Positions 63,067 through 64,000 of a stretch of DNA of 64,000 nucleotides are shown piece after piece. This stretch comes from Coleofasciculus chthonoplastes F2-STO-03 (lineage in GTDB: Bacteria; Cyanobacteriota; Cyanobacteriia; Cyanobacteriales; Coleofasciculaceae). The notes beneath the pieces are model-generated. The model was not told where the DNA came from, did no database searches, and was given only the letters and a program-made list of their open reading frames with translations. The position numbers and the translations under genes are program-made. Location: positions 1 through 64,000 of the forward strand of contig JAVJWO010000018.1 in assembly GCA_040222015.1 (NCBI GenBank), written 5' to 3'. The first letter of the stretch is position 1, and each line of letters begins with the position of its first letter.

Positions 63067-63438
63067 ATGAGACGCTACACACTCGTTGTTTTAAGCATCA
63101 CTACTGCGGTCTTTGGCTTAGTCCCCCTTGTCCAAGCTCAGTCCGACTCACCGTTTAGCACTAATGACAATTCGGTTACGTTATCCGGTGAATCCCTACG
63201 GACTGTACAACGTCGCAGTCTATCCAACGATTACCGTTCTTTCTTTAATACCAACTCGCCCATTTCTCCAGATGCAGTCGGAGTGAATTCTGCGGATTCA
63301 CGCTTTGCCATTAGCGATCGCCTACGCATTGTCGTTGGAGATACCCTCAACTCTGGTGATCCCCTTGACCTATTTCCGGCTGTGGGAGAAGAGGGAGATG
63401 TTCAGCGACTCAAGTTACAAGTGCCGCTCAGGGAATAA
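63067..63438 (+). CDS. Hypothetical secreted protein
   Basis: Signal peptide ending VQA; GGAG RBS. Confidence 0.7.
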   Translation: MRRYTLVVLSITTAVFGLVPLVQAQSDSPFSTNDNSVTLSGESLRTVQRRSLSNDYRSFFNTNSPISPDAVGVNSADSRFAISDRLRIVVGDTLNSGDPLDLFPAVGEEGDVQRLKLQVPLRE

Positions 63439-63866
63439 TTAGTCATAATTATTCTCAAATGACATCCGCAAAGTCGCGCAAAATTATTTGATAACTATTG
63501 CCGATGTCATAGCCGTAAAAAATAGAAGACAATTAAGAAACAACTCCAACACAAACAACTAATCTGGGCTAGTACGGTGAGAAATGATCCTGATTTCTCA
63601 AGTCTACTAGCCTATTCTCTTGGGCAAAAGGTAAAGGGTAAAAGGAAATAAGTAGTCGGACAAAAGAAAGTTGACGGTTGAAATTAGGGGACTCTTAACA
63701 GGGATCAGTAATAATTTGAGGCTTGTTAAGATTTCTTAGTACAGCGGGCAGAATTTATGTCCAGGTACTTACAAGATTTAGTTTCTAAATGATACCCAAT
63801 CCCATGACAGCGGTTTTCAAGTTCGTGAAGTACGTTATTTTTATCATTTTTTATTATTCATGAGAT

Positions 63867-64000
63867 ATGCCAAATATTTTTAATCTCCCTTCCCAACTGT
63901 CTAATGAAGAACAATTTGAGGCATTAGTCTCTAGTGATAGCGTGTTAATTGAGCGAATTATCTCCACAGGGCAAACTACACCAACCGGAGAATGGTATGA
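63867..64000 (+). CDS. Cupin-domain protein, 5' part (runs off the window edge)
   Basis: MPNIFNLP...EEQFEAL...IERIISTGQTTP.GEWY, translated by hand. Confidence 0.7.
   Translation, partial: MPNIFNLPSQLSNEEQFEALVSSDSVLIERIISTGQTTPTGEWY

Overview
A 64-kb chromosomal segment from a cyanobacterium. Abundant HIP1 octamers (GCGATCGC), heptamer STRR tracts and a cyanobacterial atp1-atpIHGFDAC operon point to this, and a filamentous Oscillatoriales/Coleofasciculus-like host is my inference. The housekeeping backbone includes VKOR-Trx, btpA, rimO-crhR, thrC, pfkA, ftsH, larC, the ATP synthase operon, petJ, pmbA and Tab2. Five accessory systems stand out. (1) About 14 kb of co-oriented small-G-protein signalling genes: two Roadblock/MglB proteins, two MglA/CvnD-like GTPases, a truncated protoglobin, an aquaporin with a TIP2-like filter, a membrane-anchored NB-ARC-TPR protein, and two tandem paralogues with an uncharacterised ~430-aa domain fused to pentapeptide repeats. 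(2) A TIR protein and a neighbouring short ORF that share the same ~65-aa helical adaptor-like domain. (3) A zinc-finger-less TnpB-related RuvC gene whose transposon end lies 17 nt from a protein-less HEARO/IscB-type omegaRNA, so both scaffolds flank one candidate guide. (4) Further orphan TnpB-type omegaRNA or transposon-end remnants, one inside the atp operon. (5) A RAYT transposase between two ~295-bp REP-rich direct repeats. No CRISPR array, tRNA or rRNA was found. All family assignments come from motif recognition by eye, with no database searches.
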